Shown one piece after another: positions 43,171-53,480 of a stretch of 64,000 nucleotides of DNA; position 1 is the stretch's first letter; each line of letters begins with the position of its first letter. The stretch covers positions 2,356,001-2,420,000 of the forward strand of contig CAKKNE010000003.1 in the NCBI GenBank assembly GCA_918797485.1, read 5' to 3'. The notes beneath the pieces are model-generated. The model saw only the letters and a program-made list of their open reading frames with translations. It did no database searches and had not been told where the DNA came from. The translations under genes were made by a program, and so were the position numbers. The DNA comes from Pelagomonas calceolata. Its lineage: Eukaryota.

Positions 43171-44655
43171 CTAGATCCCCAGGCACTTCTTCTTCTTCGA
43201 GGCGAACTCCTCGTCGTCGATGATGCCGTCGTCGTGCAGGCGCTTGAGCGCGCGCAGGCCCTCCTCGTCGACGGAGCCCGAGCTTGCGGGAGGCGCGGGC
43301 GAGACGGGCACGGGCTCGGCCTTGGGCGGGAGCCAGTCCTTGGCGGCCGTAGTCGCGGCGAACGATAACGCAGCCGCAAAACTGACGGCCTCGGCGGCCT
43401 TCTCCTGTTCCGCGTGGCGCGCCATGTCTTGGGCGGTCGCAGGGGACAGCAAATTGAGCGAGATGTTCCACTTGGCGTAGTGGACGCGCCGGCCCGAGCT
43501 TTTGATGGTATAGATCTCGCCCCGCTTCGTCGGGTCCGGGACGAGGACTTGAGCGTTCTTGCGGATGCTCTTGACCGAGCCGACGAGGCGCTGCCCGGCG
43601 CGGTCCGTGAACGCGACGTTGGAGCCGACGCCGACGCCCGACGCCCGCGCCGCGGCCCGCGGCGGCGGCGGCATCGAGATGATTTCCTGCGACCGCGGCA
43701 GACCGAAGAGGCTCAGGGCCGTGGCGTCCTTGTCCAGGCCTAAGTGCGAGGCGGCCAGGCGTCCCGCGGCCACCATGACGAGCAGCGTCATCGTGTCGCG
43801 CCGGTTCTGGCAAGGGACGCGGCAGACGTGCGCGCCCTGCGCGTAGTCCTGCTTCCAGAGCATCGCCGCCGAAAACGTTACGACGACGATGCCTTGACGG
43901 TACTCGAACTTATAGATCGTCGACGTCATCCGGTTGCTCGCGCTTGGCATAAGTCGGTCGAGGTCGTCTCGCGTGCCCTTCAAATGTTCCTTGAGCGCGC
44001 CGCCGAGGAAGACCTGTGGGCAATCAATTTGAATCAAACAGTGAGTCAGGTCCAATGCGCTGTAACAATTTGATTTATGCACTGTGATGAAGACCTCGTC
44101 CACCGCGAAGAACATCTGCTTGATGTCCGACGAGCGCACGGTGTTGTTCAGACTGCTCGTGATGCCCTGGCGTTCGAGGCGCTGCGCGACGGTCCGGAGG
44201 CGCGCGTCGCGCTCGGCGGCCGCGAGCGGGCGGCGCCGCGCGAGCGTCGCGAGCGGCGTGCCGGTCGGCACGGGCGGTAAAGCTGCCGGCGGGCCGTCGC
44301 CGCGCGCGGGCGGGTTGCCGGTCGGCACGGGCCGCGGTACCGCTGCCGGCGGGCGCGGCGGCGGGGCGTGCGTGCGCGGCGGCGCCGGCGGCGCCGACGC
44401 CGGCGTCGTAAATGATTTGATCTTTTTGCCGAGCGCCTCCATCGCCCGGGCGATCTCGCGCGGCGTCGCGTCCTGCTCTTTCTGGATTTGCCGGTACAAC
44501 TTGATGACGCGGCGGAGCTGGCCCTTCTTCTGCTGGACGAACGTCTCGTCAACCTGGTCCTCTAGGACGCCCGCGATGGCGACGAAGTTGTCGACGTTCT
44601 TCGCGGCTGCGGTCTCGTGGAGGGCATTTACGAGTTCTTCGGCGCTCAATGGCAT
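43171..44655 (-). CDS. SprT-like (apparently inactive) + SH3/KOW-like + SHOCT domain protein; in-frame intron 44014-44094
   Basis: C-terminal LRALKRLHDDGIIDDEEFASKK (SHOCT); central region resembles bacterial SprT-like proteins. Confidence 0.65.
   Translation of the reverse strand: MPLSAEELVNALHETAAAKNVDNFVAIAGVLEDQVDETFVQQKKGQLRRVIKLYRQIQKEQDATPREIARAMEALGKKIKSFTTPASAPPAPPRTHAPPPRPPAAVPRPVPTGNPPARGDGPPAALPPVPTGTPLATLARRRPLAAAERDARLRTVAQRLERQGITSSLNNTVRSSDIKQMFFAVDEVFITVHKSNCYSALDLTHCLIQIDCPQVFLGGALKEHLKGTRDDLDRLMPSASNRMTSTIYKFEYRQGIVVVTFSAAMLWKQDYAQGAHVCRVPCQNRRDTMTLLVMVAAGRLAASHLGLDKDATALSLFGLPRSQEIISMPPPPRAAARASGVGVGSNVAFTDRAGQRLVGSVKSIRKNAQVLVPDPTKRGEIYTIKSSGRRVHYAKWNISLNLLSPATAQDMARHAEQEKAAEAVSFAAALSFAATTAAKDWLPPKAEPVPVSPAPPASSGSVDEEGLRALKRLHDDGIIDDEEFASKKKKCLGI
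44014..44094 (-). mobile_element. Introner element, GT-AG intron, 81 nt
   Basis: AT-rich insert; duplicated GTCTTCATC / GTCTTCCTC; ends CAGTGCATAAATCAA...TTGATTGCCCACAG. Confidence 0.8.
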
Positions 44656-44885
44656 GATTGGTGAATATGGTCTGAACTGGGTCGCGTGTGTGCGCAAGTT
44701 TCGCTTTGGCCGGCGCGTGACCCTGATGACAAAAGCGTCTATCTGTCCTCGTGGGAGGACGTACGCTAGCGAGGTGAAGCCCACAGCGCGAGGGTGTGCC
44801 TGCAGCACGCGCTGTGCAAGAAAACCGATGCGAGCGGCAGATCAAGCGCCGCAAAACCTCTTGACCAAAAATTAATTCCAAGCCA

Positions 44886-45039
44886 GCTAGCGGCCTGTAA
44901 GACACTAGCATCGATCTGCGGGGGGAGCGGGAGGGGTACGGGGGACCCTACGACGTAACTAGCCTGAGCCTGAGCCTGAGCCTGATCTGGGAGCGGGAGG
45001 GGTACGGGGGACCCCGCGGCGTAACTAGCCTGAGCCTGA
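44886..45039 (+). repeat. Dispersed G-rich repeat with (AGCCTG)n tail, two tandem copies
   Basis: GCTAGCGGCCTGTAAGACACTAGCA then two units of GGGAGCGGGAGGGGTACGGGGGACCC..CG.CGTAACTAGCCTGAGCCTGA. Confidence 0.9.
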
Positions 45040-45152
45040 TCTTAAATGCGCTAGTCGTTCGATGGCGAAGCGCTCGGGGTCCGGTCTACCTGGGGGTGGG
45101 CTCAATAAGCGATTCTCTCTCTCTCTGATCGATGGACGCATCACAGTACACA

Positions 45153-47392
45153 TTACCACAACTCCCCCTGGTCGTACTCGAGCAGGATCCGGGAGATCTC
45201 CACCCCCTTCGCCGTCGCCGCCGCTAATGCATGCACTTCGTCGTCGAGGACGGCGCCGTTCAGCAGCAGGAACGCGACGACGTCCGCGCGCCCCGCCGCC
45301 GCCGCTGCGTGCAGCGACGTGCGGCCGTCGTCATCATCCAATCCTTCGTCGCGCCAGTTCGGGTCGCCGCCGCGCGCCTTCGCCGCGACGACGTCCCGGA
45401 GCGAGCCCGAGGCGGCGGCCGCCTTCAGCGCGCGGCTCGGCTCCTCCTCGAAGACGTTCTCGGCCAGGAAGCCGCGCCAGGCGTATTTGGCGACGACCCA
45501 CTGTTCTTTGACGTGCGCCGGCGCGTCGGGCGCCGGCCGGCTCCAGCCCGTCGGCGGTCCCACGGCTTCCCACACGTCCCTCGCGCGCTCGTTGCCCGCC
45601 GACTGCAACAAATAATCCAGGACCAGCGGCGACCACGCGTCCAGCGACAATGCGCGCAGGCGCCCGAAGTCGCCGCCCAATCGGCGGTGCGCCGCCGCGC
45701 AGTCCGCACATAATGCGACGCCGACGGACGTCGACACCCAGTCCGCTTCGTCCGAGGCGCACTCCGCGCAGGCCGGGTTCTCGGCCTGGAAGGCCCCGAT
45801 CGAGGCGAAGTCGTTCAGCGGCGCGCCCGTCGCCCGCCGCAGCGCCGAGACCCACCGCAGGCGCTCGTCCTCGTTTTCCGCCTGCAGGCACAAGCGCGAC
45901 CCGTCCTCGGCGATGACGGCGAACGCAAACGCGCCCCCAAACACACCATCGCCGCGGTCCGTGCCGCGGACGACGGTGCAGCCCGCGAGATCGAGCAGCT
46001 TCTTGTCCTTGCTCGTGACCTGTGTGGAAATCAAATTCAGGCGCCCCACGCCATCGACGCGATGTCGTTCCCGTGACTGCGTCCGCTCGATGGCGTGGAG
46101 GCTCACGAAGATCTCCGCGAGAATCTAACTCACAGGTTGATTTCCACACAGCTCGTGACGTCGAAGTAGTACAGCGCGCCGCCGTGGAGCCGGTGCCACC
46201 GCCGCTTCGGTGCCATGCCGGCGACGCGGGTCAGCGTGCCCAGCAGGCCGTCGTCGCGCCGGTGCAGGTAGCCCTGCTTGAGGATCTCCTCGTCCCGCGC
46301 GTGCGCGAGGTCGCTCCGCGAGGCCCGGAGCGACGCCGCGGATCGCACCTCCGTCGTCAGCGCTGCCGACCAGGTCGGCGCGGACGAGGTACGCGGCGAG
46401 CCGCCCGGCAGCTCGTCGCGCAGCTCGCCCTCCAATCTCTCCCCCACCCGATCCCATAGCTCTCCGTCAATCCGCCGCCGCTTGGCCGCAACAGGCAGGG
46501 CCTGCCTGCAGAGACTGGCCTCCGCCTCGAGGCGCCAAAAGGCCTCGCCCTCGCCGCTCCGTCGGTCGTCCTCGAGGGCCTCGCCCGCCGCGGCGACGGC
46601 CTCGCCGATCACGATGCATTTCGCCGCGTCGACGCCGTTCAGGTAGCGCACCAACGCCAGCCGCGACCGCTCGAACGCGCCCCTTGCGTCCTTCAGGTCG
46701 GCGCGCGCCTCGCCATCTAGAGTATCCAGGCGCAGCGCTGCGCAGAGCTTCTGCTCGTAGGCATCACCTAAACGCCAGACGTCGCCGATGAACCCTTCAC
46801 AATCACCCAGCTCCTCCGCGCGGAACGCATCTAAGGCCGAGGCGACCTCGGCCCCGAACGCGTCCGCCAGCCGGCCCTGGCGCTGCGCGTAGCTGTCGAG
46901 GGCGTCGGCGAGCGTCGCGCAGCGCGCCGAGCTGTCGCCCAGGGCCTCGTTCCCCCCAAACAGCGCCCGCGCGTGCCGCCTATCCTTCAGCCACGCCGCG
47001 CACTCCCGCGCCGCGTCGCGCGACGCGCGTAGCGCCGCCGACCAGTCCCGCAAGCGGATCGCCAGGCCGCCGAGCAGGCTGTCCAGGCCGGCCAGCGAGT
47101 TCTCGAACGCCTCGCACTGCTTGCGGAACATGGGCGAGTCCCGCGTGTACTCCAATCGCACGCTCGGCCCGAGCGCGAGCGCGGCCGCGGACGCCGGCGC
47201 CGTGGCCGCGGCCGCCTCTTTCAGCGGTTGGAGAGCTGCAGCCTCCGCGGCGATGGCCTGGACGCGCGCGCCGTGGCCCTCGAGCGTCGGGCGCCTTTTC
47301 TCCGCCTCGAGGGTTCTCACACGAGCACGCAGCTCGCGCAGCTCGGCTTGCATGGCTTTGACGTCTGCGTCGTTTCCATTGCCGGTCGACAT
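45153..47392 (-). CDS. ACAP/centaurin-type ArfGAP (BAR-PH-ArfGAP-ankyrin); intron 46020-46159
   Basis: DSPMFR (BAR), LKQGYL (PH), CAEC..CADC...HR (GAP zinc finger), GRTSLH ankyrin. Confidence 0.9.
46020..46159 (-). mobile_element. Introner element, GT-AG intron, 140 nt, pristine
   Basis: Perfect 15-bp TIR (46020-46034 / 46137-46151) and perfect TSD CTCGTGAC (46012-46019 / 46152-46159). Confidence 0.96.
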
Positions 47393-47915
47393 GGCTGTCT
47401 TTTATCACTGCTCGAGTGTTGAACGTCGAGCGTGCAGCAGCGATCGTCCCGCGCAAAGAGCTTGCTGGAAACGGCTGGAAACGGCTCGCAGATGCTGCAA
47501 CACGGCTGAGTATTGCGTATTAGGCCCGCTGTGTCGGAGAGTGCTGAGATTATGCATCCTGTGCCAGTAGAGACATACTAGAATACTCCCACCGGAAAAC
47601 CACGCCCCTAGGACACCTCCGAAGCGTAGGCGCGGCCTCCCGACGCGTCGCTGCGCAGACTCTAACTTTCCCCGTAATGCTGCACCCCAGCTGCAGCACC
47701 AGGCTCTGATACGCCGGCTCCTGGGCCCCCCGCCTCGGGCACGGGGCTATCCAAGGCTGGTCGGGCGCCAATCTAAGGCTGTAGCCAACGTCCATCCCAG
47801 GGCAGCCCCCCCCCCGGCCGCGGCGCGTGCCAATCCCCGGGCAGCCCACCATCAGCGCCTCACAGCCAAGCCTCCGAGCTCGCCTCTCGCTCGTAAAACA
47901 CGGCCGAATCGCACC

Positions 47916-48784
47916 ATGCGCCTATCCATCCTCCTCGCCGCCGCCGCATGGGCCGAGCGCGTCGACCGCGATGCGGACGGCGTGCCCGACGCGGCGCCCG
48001 AGGGCGCGTGCTGCGAGTGTTGTTACGGGTGCAACCCTGTGTGGAAATCAAAATTTTACGGCGCGTTCGTGCTGAATCGTCGCGTCGTCCTCCACGCCAT
48101 CGACGCGACGCCTGCTCGATGGCGTGGCGGTGCCAGTTCCTCGCCGCGCGACCGAGCCAGGACGGCCGCGTCATCGCCGAGAAATGACTTAGTGAAGAAT
48201 TGTCGGGCACCCGACGCACTGGTTGATTTCCACACAGGTGCAACCTCGCTACCAATATCTGCGGCCACGGCGCGGGGACGACGCTCGAGGATATTAAGGA
48301 GAACGGCTGCTGCGAGGGGTTTTATCTGCGCTACTCGATCCAGCCGGGGCCCCGTATTTCTCACTCCGAGTTCGACGCCGTATCATTCATCAGCGAGGGC
48401 GAGTGCGCGCACAAGGAGGCCGGCCGCTGGAACCGCTTCGGCTGCCCCCATTTTTTAGGTGCGCCGCCGGTCTGGAATACTGAAGAAGATGACGACGACG
48501 ACGACAGTAGTTTGGATCAGCGCACGCTCATCGTCCTCTTCGTCGTGCTGGGCGTCGTCGGCGCGGGCGTCTTCCTCTGCGTCTTCGCGTGCGTCTACGC
48601 GGCCTTCGGGAAATACCTGCAATCGCGCGAGGCGCCGTTCCACTCCGGCGCGGCGCCGGCGCCGGCGGCGTCGTTGATGCACAAGAAGAGACGCGCCCCG
48701 TCGTCGTCGCCGCGGCCGACGACGCCGCTCGCCGAAAATGACGACGACTCCATCGACATCGAGCTCTCGCCGCGGTACGTGTGA
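47916..48784 (+). CDS. Small single-pass membrane protein with Cys-rich ectodomain; intron 48029-48237
   Basis: After splicing, one frame runs from the signal peptide through CCECCYGCN..CC..C..C into the TM-containing ORF 48512-48784. Confidence 0.8.
48029..48237 (+). mobile_element. Introner element, GT-AG intron, 209 nt, pristine
   Basis: Perfect 15-bp TIR (48037-48051 / 48223-48237); perfect TSD GTGCAACC. Confidence 0.96.
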
Positions 48785-48873
48785 GTTTCCTTCCTTTCCT
48801 TCCCTTCCTTTTCGGTACTAATTCGACAAAACTTTCTTACCAGGGGCGGGGGTTTGGGACAGCTACTACACAC

Positions 48874-49556
48874 TCACTCCATGTCCTCCTCGTCGTCGGA
48901 CTCCTCCGCGGCCGGCGCGGCCTCGGGCTCCTTGACGTAGAAGCGCTTGTCGGGCTCGTCCCAGAAGGCGCGCTCCGGCAGCGCCACGCCGAGCTCCTCC
49001 GCGCGGACCTTGATGGCGTCGGCGATCTGCGTGCGGGGATGCGTGACGACGGCGCCTTCGATCGAAGAAGGCTCCGCGGGGACGCCGGTCGCCGGACCTG
49101 GTGGAAGCCCACGCGCCGCGCGGCCTCCTCGGGCGACACGCCCTGGGCGTCGGGCACGAGCGGGTGCACGTGCGGCAGCGTCAACAACAGCCGCACGCAC
49201 TTCTCCCAGCCCCACGCCGCGCACAACCAGAGCGGCGTGTGGCCGCCGTCGTCCCGGAGATTAAAGTTCGTCACGAGGCGGCCGTCGTGCCAGTGGAGCC
49301 CCGCGAGCCACTCGAGCACGGCGTGGTGGCCCCGGAGGCAGGCGATGTGCGTCGGCATGGACCGGTCCTCGCGGTTCATCGCGTCGAAGCCGTCGACGCC
49401 CTTGCGGTAGAAGAAGTGGAGCGCCTTCATGGCCGGCAGGTTCCCGTCGAAGGCCGCCTTCCACATGGGCGGGATCTGGCCGTCGTAGGTCTTCGTGTAC
49501 TGCGCGCAGAGGCTCTGCATCTCCTCGGGCGTGAGCTCGGCCTCGCCGAAGGTGCC
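48874..49556 (-). CDS. Ankyrin-repeat protein; intron 49027-49097; 5' exon unresolved
   Basis: PTHIACLRGH, GHTPLWLCAAWG; GT-AG intron joins FHQ/IADAIK. Confidence 0.75.
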
Positions 49557-50203
49557 CTGCGCGGGTGCGGTCGCGTTTTGGGCGGCGGCGGGCGGCGCGG
49601 CGCGGCGGGTGCGCGCGCGCGCGCGCGCGTTTGGCGTGTGCACGCGCCCAGTGGCGTGGCCGTGGGTGGTGCGCTGTAGGTCAGCGCCTCAATCGCATCC
49701 GTAACTCGTCCGCGACGGAGATATAGATGAAATTGCAAGTGGTCTCCGCGGTGTTGTTCTCGCGCTGGCGCGAACTTCGGGAAGCGGCTTCACTGATGCC
49801 AGTTTGGACATCTTGGTCGGCGACTACAGCGTGCGTGACACGCCCAAGTAACAAGTATGCGCTCCAAACGAGCACCTTTTGTAGTCCCCTACCCAGGCTT
49901 GCTTGCTAGTGTCTTACAGGCCGCTAGCCCCGTTTCGAGCTACGAGTCCCCAGGCATAGGGTTCACCGAGGCTCCCCGGGACGTGTTGCCAAGAGTCGGT
50001 CACCAAGGCTCTCCCAAAAACCATCTCGCAGGCTTTGCAAGCGGCCGCAAAAGCGCCGCAAAACGAGCCAAAATTGCATCATACTTGCGCAACCCGCGCT
50101 GGAAACGAAGGCAGATCCAGGATAAGCATCTGCGCACATCAAAAACCACGGCTTGAGCGTTGTCGCCTAGAGAGACAACACAGCTTGTCACAGCATCACC
50201 ATC

Positions 50204-51446
50204 ATGGCAGCCATGGAGCTGCAACCGATCCGCAACGCACCGGCCTCGCCCGGCACCGGCGTTTTACTGGCGCTGCAAAGGGATGGCGTGCCGGCCGAGG
50301 ACGCGCCCAAGGTGAAAGAGCTGCAGACGCTGCTGGCCGCCGACATTGAGAAATACGGCGACGCCGCGCTCGCGGACGCGACGACGCTGCTGCGCTTTCT
50401 CCGGGCGAGGGAGCACGACGTCGCGGCCGCGGCCGGCATGTGGCGCGCGGCGCACGCGTGGCGCGAGCACCACGTCCGCACGGCGCTGGCCGAGTGCGGC
50501 GCCGACGACGCCACGTCGACGGCGGGCTGGCGCTGGCGGCAGCACGCGGACGCGTCGGCTGCAGTGCACAATCATCGTCTGCTCGATGGCGTGGCGACAC
50601 CCGACTCACCGCTTGATTTGCGCGCAGGTCGGCCGCGCCCACGCCGCGCGGCAGGCTCGCCCTCGCGCACGGCATGGGCCTGCGGTTGGACGCCGCCGCG
50701 GCCGACGGGAGCCCCGTGCTGTACTGGGCGCTCGGCGAGCTCGACGTGGCAGGCGTCGCGCGCGAGGACCTGGCCGACTGCCTCCTGATGCGGCAGGTCG
50801 CGCACCTCGAGGACGCGCTGCAGGCGTCGCGCGCGATCTCGCGCGCCGAGAAGCGCCTCGTGCGCTGCCGGCTGATCATCGACCTCCGGGGCCTGCGCGT
50901 GCTGGCGTTGCTTCCTGTATAGAAATCAACCAGTGGGTGGGGTGCGCTCGAGCCGACGCCACATCGATGGCGTGGGGGTGGACGCAATGATTCCGCAAAG
51001 GCGCCGTGAAATTTGATTTCTGCACAGGTTGCTCCGCCGGCTGGGCGTCGTCAAGCGCATCACGGCCGTCGGCAAGACCTACTTCCCGGAGGTGACGGCG
51101 TCGGCGACGATCAGTGTCGAAATTATGTCGAGGTAACTGCATCTGCTCGATGGCGTGTGGTTGACGAGACACGCGGATCACACAGGTGACGCTCGTCAAC
51201 GCGCCCGCGGGCGTCGAGACGCTCTGGCGCGGCGTTTCAGTGTTTCTCAACGCGGCGATGCGCGCCAAGGTCAGAATCGTCGGACGCGACTACCGCGAGG
51301 CGCTCACCGACCACGCGAAGATCGACGACTACGATTTATTACCTGCGCGGCTCGGCGGCAAGGCGCCGGACCCGCCGCTGCCGCTCCCAGTGCCCACAGG
51401 CGCCGGGGCTGGCCTGGAGCCGTTCCTCGTGGACCCTAGTAGCTAA
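50204..51446 (+). CDS. CRAL-TRIO/Sec14 lipid-binding protein with three introner introns
   Basis: LLRFLRARE, IIDLRGL, YFPE...LVNAP, LP..LGG assembled after splicing. Confidence 0.9.
50554..50627 (+). mobile_element. Introner element, GT-AG intron, 74 nt
   Basis: TSD GTCGGCTG / GTCGGCCG; 3' TIR TTGATTTGCGCGCAG. Confidence 0.85.
50907..51027 (+). mobile_element. Introner element, GT-AG intron, 121 nt
   Basis: TSD GTTGCTTC / GTTGCTCC; TIR CTGTATAGAAATCAA / TTGATTTCTGCACAG. Confidence 0.9.
51104..51185 (+). mobile_element. Introner element, GC-AG intron, 82 nt (alternative GT donor at 51092)
   Basis: TSD GCGACGAT / GTGACGCT; core CTCGATGGCGT; ends CACACAG. Confidence 0.75.
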
Positions 51447-51534
51447 CTGTTGTTTAAAACGAAGGCGCTGGCGCCTGGAGCCGTTCCTCGTAGACTGAAG
51501 TGTTGTTAAAAACGAACGAACGAAACGACGGCGC

Positions 51535-51804
51535 CTAGCCCGCCGGCCGCCGCGCCGTCGAGATGTAGTGCACGTTGTTGCCCCGAATAAAACAGTCGCC
51601 GTACTTGGCCTTGAGCTGCCCATCCACGTACTCCTCCGTCTGCTCCATGGCGATGTTCATGTAGCCGTCGAGGCAGGCGAGCACGCCCTTGTACGCGACG
51701 CCGCTGTTGAGCTTGACGACGACGGGCCGGCCCAGGACGGCCTTCAGGAAGTCGCTGGGCTGGTATTTTGAGGAAGTGGGCGCGGCGGCGGCTTGGGCGG
51801 CCAT
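51535..51804 (-). CDS. LSM6: U6 snRNA-associated Sm-like protein LSm6
   Basis: PSDFLK..GRPVVVKLNSG..YKG.LACLDGYMNIAMEQTEEY..YGDCFIRGNNV. Confidence 0.93.
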   Translation of the reverse strand: MAAQAAAAPTSSKYQPSDFLKAVLGRPVVVKLNSGVAYKGVLACLDGYMNIAMEQTEEYVDGQLKAKYGDCFIRGNNVHYISTARRPAG

Positions 51805-52214
51805 TGCTGGAGACGCGCGCGGCGGAGCGCCTGCCCAGCCTCTGGCTGCTGCTGCTGATGCGAACGACGCGCGGCAGCGAGCGACCACCACTTCTCGTTG
51901 GCAGTGATGTTAGAGTGTTAGTTTGCGCGACCAGTAATGGCCGTGCACAAGCTCGTAGAGCTATGCGCGCCGCCGCCCCGGCTTGCCTGGGCTTGCTAGT
52001 GTCTTACGACCGCTAGCTGCCGCGCCCGCAAAAAAAACACACGACCACCCCTCAATCTCGTTGATAGGTCACGAACAAGCTTGTCAGTGTGGCTTGCGTC
52101 TGCTCGTTCGGCTCGTTCGAGCGATAACCGTCTGAAAGTCTCCGTACCCAAGGCAGTGCTTGCTGCCTAGACAGCCTAGCTCTATAGCGCAGCGCTTGGG
52201 AGCGGTCGCCCGTG

Positions 52215-53444
52215 ATGTCCTGGGCCGACGTCGTCAAGGCACCAGTGGTCGCCCGCTACAAGCCACCGACGCCAACAACGAGGGTGCGCCCGAGCCGAAG
52301 GAGAGCGGCGGCCCGGGCCGTCGAGCTCCAGGAGGACGGCGGCCCCGCGCGCGTCGTCTCCGAGACGTCCACCGATGCGCTCGCGCCGCGCCGTCGCGTG
52401 CGGCGCGCGCGTTTGATCGACGTCTTCCTGCCCGAGGGCTACCCGCGGTCCGTCGCGCCGGGCTACGGCGCCTACCAGCTCTGGGACGCGTTGCAAGGCC
52501 TGACGTCCTACGTCCGCGCGAACCTGGCCTACAAGGCGACGCTCGAGGGCCTGGGCGTGGGCGACGTCGAGGCGTCGGCCATGGCCGGCGCGCTCGCGAA
52601 CGTGGCCAGGGACGCCTCCTCGTCGCTCGCCGGGCTCCTGCTCGCTTACGGTTGCAGCAGGGACTTCGGGCGGCGGGTACGGCAGTGGCGGCTCGCGGCC
52701 GACGTCGCGAACGATTGCGGACTTGCGCTGCAGATGGCCGCGCCGCTCTGCCGGGACCGCTTCGTGGTACTGGCGTGCCTCGCGGCGGCGTGCCACTGCG
52801 CCTGCGGCGTCATGGCCGGCGCGACGAAGGCCTCGATCTCCCGGCATTTTGCGGTGCAGGGCAACTTCGAGGAATTGGTGTCCAAGGAGGGGTCCCAGGA
52901 GCAATTCGTCAACGTGCTCGGACTCTTGCTGGGCTACTATGTCTTGAAAGTGCTCAACGAATCAACGAAGACGGTCTTGATCGCGTTCGTCCTCCTCACG
53001 CTCCTCCACGTCCTCGCGAACATCATGGCCGTGCGGCAGCTGCGCCTCCGGACGGTCAACGAGCCTCGCTTCCGCGTCTTGATGGACCGCTTCCTTCGTA
53101 ATCTGCCGCTCGACGTCGCGGCCGTCGGCGACGCCGAGCCGCTGCTCGTCGCCGGGCGGCGGCGGCTGGGCTGCTCTTTGAACGACGTCGCCCACGTGCC
53201 CGCGGCGGCGGCCGTCGCCGCGCTCGTCGCGGCCGAGGGGCGGCCCTTCGTGATTCTGGGGGGCGAGGCGCTCCTCGCGCCCGGCGCGACGGCCCTCGAC
53301 GCGCTCGAGGCGCGCTTCGCCCTCGCGGGCGGGCCGGCGGCGCGGTGGCCCGCCTTCCGCGCGGCGCTCGCGGCGGCGGGCTGGGACACGGCGACGCCGC
53401 TGCTGGACGACGCGGGGTGCCGCGTCCGGTGGCATAAGGTTTAG
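52215..53444 (+). CDS. RUS1/DUF647 (root UVB sensitive) family protein
   Basis: FLPEGYPRSV..Y..YQLWD.LQ, WRLAADVAND, KEGSQE. Confidence 0.88.
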   Translation: MSWADVVKAPVVARYKPPTPTTRVRPSRRRAAARAVELQEDGGPARVVSETSTDALAPRRRVRRARLIDVFLPEGYPRSVAPGYGAYQLWDALQGLTSYVRANLAYKATLEGLGVGDVEASAMAGALANVARDASSSLAGLLLAYGCSRDFGRRVRQWRLAADVANDCGLALQMAAPLCRDRFVVLACLAAACHCACGVMAGATKASISRHFAVQGNFEELVSKEGSQEQFVNVLGLLLGYYVLKVLNESTKTVLIAFVLLTLLHVLANIMAVRQLRLRTVNEPRFRVLMDRFLRNLPLDVAAVGDAEPLLVAGRRRLGCSLNDVAHVPAAAAVAALVAAEGRPFVILGGEALLAPGATALDALEARFALAGGPAARWPAFRAALAAAGWDTATPLLDDAGCRVRWHKV

Positions 53445-53480
53445 ATGTTGTTGTACTTATGCTTCCGTCGTCCGCTCGGA

